This document shows positions 59,654-64,000 of a DNA stretch of 64,000 nucleotides, in pieces (the first letter of the stretch is position 1; every line of letters begins with the position of its first letter). The position numbers were made by a program, and so were the translations under genes. The stretch is from Desulfosudaceae bacterium (GTDB lineage Bacteria > Desulfobacterota > Desulfobacteria > Desulfobacterales > Desulfosudaceae), in assembly GCA_963674745.2 (NCBI GenBank), contig CAXXDV010000003.1:736001-800000 (forward strand), in the 5' to 3' direction. The notes below the pieces were generated by a model. It was not told the origin of the DNA, made no database searches, and saw only the letters and a program-made list of their open reading frames with translations.

Positions 59654-61084
59654 ATGGAAAGCGTCATGCCGGAAGACAGCCCGGTGAGAATTAAAAAAGG
59701 CGAATGTGTCACGCTGGATGTCGAGTCTCTGGCTTTCGGCGGGCGCGGGGTGGCAAGGATAAACGGCCTGGCCGTTTTTATAGACGGTGCTGTTCCTCAG
59801 GACAGGGTTGTGGCCAGGATCGTAAAAAAGAAAAAACGGTTTGCCGAAGCCCGTCTGATGGACGTGATAAGGCCTTCCCCTTTTCGCATGGCCCCCCGAT
59901 GCCGTTATAGCGGTTTCTGCGGGGGATGCCGCCTTCAAATTCTCGCTTACGACAAGCAGCTTGAATACAAAAGACAGCACGTCGTTGATTCTCTGGCTCA
60001 CATTGCCCTGATGCCGGACATTACCGTTCATCCGGTTATGCCGGCGCAACCGGTTTTTGAATATCGCAATAAGATGGAATTCTCCTGTTCAGATCGGCGG
60101 TGGCTGCTGCCCCAGGAAATGGGACAAGATGATATTGAAGCCGGCTTTGCCCTGGGATTGCATGTGCCCGGCACGTTTAATAAAATTCTGGACATTGAAC
60201 AATGCCTGCTTTTTCCGGATTATGGTAATCAGCTTCTGTCCGAAGCGCGGAATTATATCCGGCAATCACCGCAGCCGGTGTATGGATTGCGGTCCCATAC
60301 CGGTTTCTGGCGTTTTGTCATGCTGCGGCACACGGTGGCCCTGGACCAATGGATGGTCAACATTATTACCGCGTTTGAAGATCGTGAAGCGGTTCAGCCC
60401 CTGGCGGACAAGATTGCGGAAAAGTATTCCCGGGTTGTCTCGGTGATCAATAATATCAATACCCGGAAAGCCGCCATCGCAGTCGGGGAACGGGAAATAT
60501 TACTTTACGGTGATGCCGTTATTGAAGACCGGTTGGGTGATTTTTGTTTTGATATTTCGGCCAACTCTTTTTTTCAGACCAACACCCGTGGCGCGGAAAA
60601 GTTGTACCGGATGGTCGAATCTTACGCCGGGTTGACCGGAACGGAAACGGTGATCGATCTTTATTGCGGAACCGGAACCATCGCTATCTGGCTGGCCGGA
60701 AAAGCCCGGCATGTGGTCGGCCTGGAAATAAACGATGCCTGTGTCGCCGATGCCGAGCGGAACCGCGAAAAAAACAATGTGCGGAACGTCGAATTCATCA
60801 CCGGCGATATTAGGGACACCTTTTCCCGGCTCGATCGGCGGGCCGATGTCATGATTATTGATCCCCCCCGGGCGGGCATGCACCAGGATGTCGTAAAACA
60901 GGTGCTGGACATGGCCCCGCCGAAAATCGTCTATGTCTCCTGCAATCCCGCCACCCTTGCCCGGGATATCGGCCTGTTAAAGGAAAAATACAACGTAGCT
61001 GAAGTACAGCCGGTGGACATGTTTCCCCATACCCCGCATATCGAATGTGTCGCCAGGCTGATACGGAGAGATATAGATGAATGA
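59654..61084 (+). CDS. rlmD: 23S rRNA m5U1939 methyltransferase
   Basis: TRAM domain, C....CGGC..Q, YRNKMEF, SFFQTN, DLYCG.G, DPPR.G, YVSCNPAT.ARD, DMFP.T.H.E. Confidence 0.92.
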   Translation: MESVMPEDSPVRIKKGECVTLDVESLAFGGRGVARINGLAVFIDGAVPQDRVVARIVKKKKRFAEARLMDVIRPSPFRMAPRCRYSGFCGGCRLQILAYDKQLEYKRQHVVDSLAHIALMPDITVHPVMPAQPVFEYRNKMEFSCSDRRWLLPQEMGQDDIEAGFALGLHVPGTFNKILDIEQCLLFPDYGNQLLSEARNYIRQSPQPVYGLRSHTGFWRFVMLRHTVALDQWMVNIITAFEDREAVQPLADKIAEKYSRVVSVINNINTRKAAIAVGEREILLYGDAVIEDRLGDFCFDISANSFFQTNTRGAEKLYRMVESYAGLTGTETVIDLYCGTGTIAIWLAGKARHVVGLEINDACVADAERNREKNNVRNVEFITGDIRDTFSRLDRRADVMIIDPPRAGMHQDVVKQVLDMAPPKIVYVSCNPATLARDIGLLKEKYNVAEVQPVDMFPHTPHIECVARLIRRDIDE

Positions 61085-61712
61085 AACACATATTAACGGA
61101 TCGTTGATTCTGGCCTCCAAGTCTCCCCGGCGAAAATATTTACTGGAACAGGCCGGCCTGGACTTTTCGGTGGTTGTCAGCCGGGTCAGCGAATCCGCCA
61201 TACCATGGTCTGATCCGGAGACCTATACCCGTGAGTTAGCCTTGGCCAAGGCCCGGGAAGTAGCCGGGCGGTTCCCGGATAGCTGGGTCATTGGGGCGGA
61301 CACCATTGTCATGGCAGGTGACGATCTGCTGGAGAAACCGGAATCCAGGGATGACGCCCGGCGGATGCTGACTCGCTTGAGCGGTGCCGTGCATCAGGTT
61401 TTTACGGGCTTTTCCGTGATGCATAAGGATAAGGTTCATGTTCATGCCGAAACCATACGGTCGGATGTCCGTTTTAAACCCTTGTCAACCGGGGAAATCG
61501 AATGGTATGTTCATACCGACGAGCCTTATGACAAGGCCGGCGCCTATGCCATTCAGGGGCTGGGTTCGTTTCTGGTTCAATCGGTCAACGGTTCGTATAC
61601 AAATGTAGTGGGGCTGCCGGTCTGCGAGGTAATGGATTATCTTTTACATCATAATATTGTTCAGCGGAAAGTGGTAGCGGATAACCAGGGGCCGGGGAGG
61701 GACGGTGTCTGA
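61077..61712 (+). CDS. maf: Maf family nucleotide pyrophosphatase
   Basis: LILASKSPRR, IGADT, KP, DKAGAYAIQG, GSY.NVVGLP. Confidence 0.93.
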   Translation: MNETHINGSLILASKSPRRKYLLEQAGLDFSVVVSRVSESAIPWSDPETYTRELALAKAREVAGRFPDSWVIGADTIVMAGDDLLEKPESRDDARRMLTRLSGAVHQVFTGFSVMHKDKVHVHAETIRSDVRFKPLSTGEIEWYVHTDEPYDKAGAYAIQGLGSFLVQSVNGSYTNVVGLPVCEVMDYLLHHNIVQRKVVADNQGPGRDGV

Positions 61713-62406
61713 AGACAACTCAATCCGGGAAAAGTTATCATTGATCCGGAAGCGTATCCGGGCCGCGGCGGTCGATTGCGGTCGATCGCCGGAAGAGATC
61801 AGGCTGGTGGCGGTCAGCAAAACCAAATCCGTGGAAACAGTGGCCCGGGGGATCGCCGCCGGCATAACCGACCTGGGTGAAAATTACATCCAGGAGGCCA
61901 GAGAGAAGATAGCCGCTCTGTCCTCTCACGATGTAACCTGGCATTTTATCGGCCACCTGCAGTCCAATAAAGCAAGGTACGCGGTCGGCCTGTTTGACCT
62001 GATCCACACCATTGATTCCGTTAAGCTGGCCCATGAAGTAAACAGGCAGGCCCTTCGCCAGGGAATCGTGCAGAAAGTACTCATCCAGGTGAATATCGGA
62101 CAGGAAGCGACCAAATCGGGTGTCCTTGCTGAAGAGACGACTGCTCTGGCCCTGGCCGTCAGTTCGCTGGACAACCTTTCTCTTGAGGGGTTGATGACAC
62201 TGCCGCCCATGTTTAACGCCCCGGAACAGGCGCGCCCCTGTTTCGCTGCCGTGCGCAAACTGGCCGAAAAGATCGCTGCTGAACAGATACCGAATATCCG
62301 GATGGCCGAGCTTTCCATGGGCATGACCGGTGATTTCGAGGCGGCCATTGCGGAAGGGGCAACCATTGTCCGTGTCGGCACCGCCATTTTCGGAGAGCGA
62401 CAATGA
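61705..62406 (+). CDS. yggS: PLP homeostasis protein YggS
   Basis: LVAVSK, GENY.QE, WHFIG.LQ.NK, GLMT, LSMGMT.D, VRVGTAIFG.R. Confidence 0.93.
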   Translation: MSEDNSIREKLSLIRKRIRAAAVDCGRSPEEIRLVAVSKTKSVETVARGIAAGITDLGENYIQEAREKIAALSSHDVTWHFIGHLQSNKARYAVGLFDLIHTIDSVKLAHEVNRQALRQGIVQKVLIQVNIGQEATKSGVLAEETTALALAVSSLDNLSLEGLMTLPPMFNAPEQARPCFAAVRKLAEKIAAEQIPNIRMAELSMGMTGDFEAAIAEGATIVRVGTAIFGERQ

Positions 62407-62942
62407 AAATCCTGCTTCATATCTGCTGTGCGCCCTGTGCCATCTATCCCGTAAATTTATTAAGAGAACGGGATATAACCGTCATGGGCTATTTCCATAA
62501 AAGCAATATTCATCCTTACAGCGAGTGCCTGAAGCGGCAGCAGGCACTGGAAGAATACAGCGCGGACATTGACCTTCGGGTGATCTATCAGGACGGGTAT
62601 GACATGGAAACCTTTATCCGTAATGTCGTTTTCAGGGAGGCCGAACGCTGTCGTTACTGTTATCATGACCGGCTCAGAGCAACCGCACTTACGGCCCGGC
62701 ACGGCAAATTTGATGGTTTTTCATCCACCCTTCTTTACAGCAAGTTCCAGAAACATGAGCTGATCCGGGAGATCGGTGAGTCTGTCGGCCGGGAAACGGG
62801 TGTGCGTTTCTACTATGAAGATTTTCGCCCGGGCTGGAAAGAGGGGATTGAAGCGTCAAAGCAGTCAGGGCTATATCGCCAGCAGTATTGTGGCTGCGTT
62901 TACAGTGAGAAGGAGCGCTTTTATCACCCGGAAAAAAAGTGA
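62403..62942 (+). CDS. queH: Epoxyqueuosine reductase QueH (DUF208)
   Basis: LLHICCAPC, NIHP..E, RC..CY..RL, STL..S..Q, YRQ.YCGC.YS. Confidence 0.9.
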   Translation: MKILLHICCAPCAIYPVNLLRERDITVMGYFHKSNIHPYSECLKRQQALEEYSADIDLRVIYQDGYDMETFIRNVVFREAERCRYCYHDRLRATALTARHGKFDGFSSTLLYSKFQKHELIREIGESVGRETGVRFYYEDFRPGWKEGIEASKQSGLYRQQYCGCVYSEKERFYHPEKK

Positions 62943-63074
62943 TAAGCGCACGATTCAAAATAAAAAAGGATCTTCTTCAATTTAGCGGGAGTACAGGGTT
63001 CAAGGGGTTCTTATCCAGGACCGTTGACTGAATTGAAAATTATGCTATCCATGTACTACCACTAATCGCGAGAT

Positions 63075-64000
63075 TCAGTGGGGCGTGTTTTCCAGGTAGT
63101 GCTCAGCCGTGTGGGTCGCCATGGCGGCGTCTCCGACCGAGGTGGTTATCTGCCTTAAGGCAGTTGATCGGACATCTCCGGCCGCAAACACACCGGGAAC
63201 CGATGTGTTCATTTCCTGATCGGTGATAATAAAACCGTAATCGTCGGTCTTTACGGCCTCGCCCAGAAACTCGGCGTTGGGCTTAATGCCCACCCAGATA
63301 AAACAGCCGTTGACATCAATGTCCCGGGTCTGATCGGTCTTGACGTTCTTCACGGTGACTTTTTCCACGTTGGTCAGGCCGCCCCCGATTTCAGTGACGA
63401 CGCTGTCCCAGACCATTTCGATTTTGTCGTTGGCCAAAGCCCGTTCTTGGAGGATCTTCGTTGCCCGGAGTTGATCCCGACGATGAATCAGGTAGACTTT
63501 TTGAGCGAATTTCGTTAGGTAAAGCGCTTCCTGAACGGCTGTGTCGCCGCCGCCCACGGCCGCTACGATTTTATCACGGTAAAAAGGCGCGTCGCAGGTG
63601 GCACAGAAGGAGATTCCCTTACCGTAAAAACGATCTTCACCGGGTACTCCCAGTCGGTTGGGAGAGGCGCCGGTGGCAACGATAACCGCCCGGCAGGTGA
63701 TGGTGCCGGAATCGGTTGTTATCTTTTTGATGTCCTGTGAGAAATCGACAGCCGTTACTTCCGCTGATTCAATGGGAACATTCAGATTGCCGGCCTGTTC
63801 ACTCATTTTCATGACCAGATCCGCCCCACTGATACCGTCCGGAAATCCGGGATAATTTTCAATCCAGTCGGTTGTCAGAACCTGACCGCCGGGGGTGATT
63901 TTTTCAAGCAGCACCGCGTCCAATCGGGCCCGTGCCGCGTAAATACCTGCAGTCAGTCCGGCCGGGCCGCCGCCGATAATAACCAGTTCATGATCTGTTG
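63075..64000 (-). CDS. trxB: Thioredoxin-disulfide reductase, 5' end outside window
   Basis: Frame continues to window edge with IIGGGPAGLTAGIYAAR; ENYPGF, CATCD, GGGD.A, HRRD, FAAGD. Confidence 0.95.
   Translation of the reverse strand, partial: TDHELVIIGGGPAGLTAGIYAARARLDAVLLEKITPGGQVLTTDWIENYPGFPDGISGADLVMKMSEQAGNLNVPIESAEVTAVDFSQDIKKITTDSGTITCRAVIVATGASPNRLGVPGEDRFYGKGISFCATCDAPFYRDKIVAAVGGGDTAVQEALYLTKFAQKVYLIHRRDQLRATKILQERALANDKIEMVWDSVVTEIGGGLTNVEKVTVKNVKTDQTRDIDVNGCFIWVGIKPNAEFLGEAVKTDDYGFIITDQEMNTSVPGVFAAGDVRSTALRQITTSVGDAAMATHTAEHYLENTPH

Noticed and set aside
44053..62942. queD, folE2, queH, ttcA and tsaA as a 7-deazaguanine DNA-modification island
   Set aside because: Genes are dispersed among housekeeping loci with no dpdA/tgt-like or restriction genes; consistent with ordinary tRNA and folate metabolism.

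Overview
Gene-dense bacterial chromosomal window whose gene content (aldehyde:ferredoxin oxidoreductase, CooC/AcsF-like ATPase, DUF3786 and ASKHA corrinoid-related proteins, folE2, queH) suggests an anaerobic deltaproteobacterium of the Desulfobacterales type (inference). The left ~40 kb is largely accessory. It holds a ydbH-ynbE-ydbL lipid-bridge operon, a repressor-umuD-umuC mutagenesis cassette, an AOR, four GT-C-type membrane glycosyltransferases (two a recent tandem duplicate), a VIT/vWA PEP-sorted protein with exosortase and creBC, a sigma-54 activator and Fe-S proteins. The right ~24 kb is mostly housekeeping (nadB, dnaJ, queD, pyrD, folE2, rpoZ, greA, asd, leuB, pssA, psd, tsaA, rlmD, maf, yggS, queH, trxB). 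Best candidates for undescribed biology: (1) a CreBC module with no creD, whose apparent output is a VIT-vWA-PEP-CTERM surface protein plus a dedicated exosortase, preceded by four 11-bp-phased cre-tag repeats; (2) a UmuD that has lost both catalytic residues and its N-terminal arm, i.e. apparently made as UmuD', under a dedicated CI-like repressor; (3) a membrane sensor-like protein ending in a RelE-like domain. No rRNA, tRNA, CRISPR array or transposase was recognised. All family assignments come from motif recognition by eye, not database searches.
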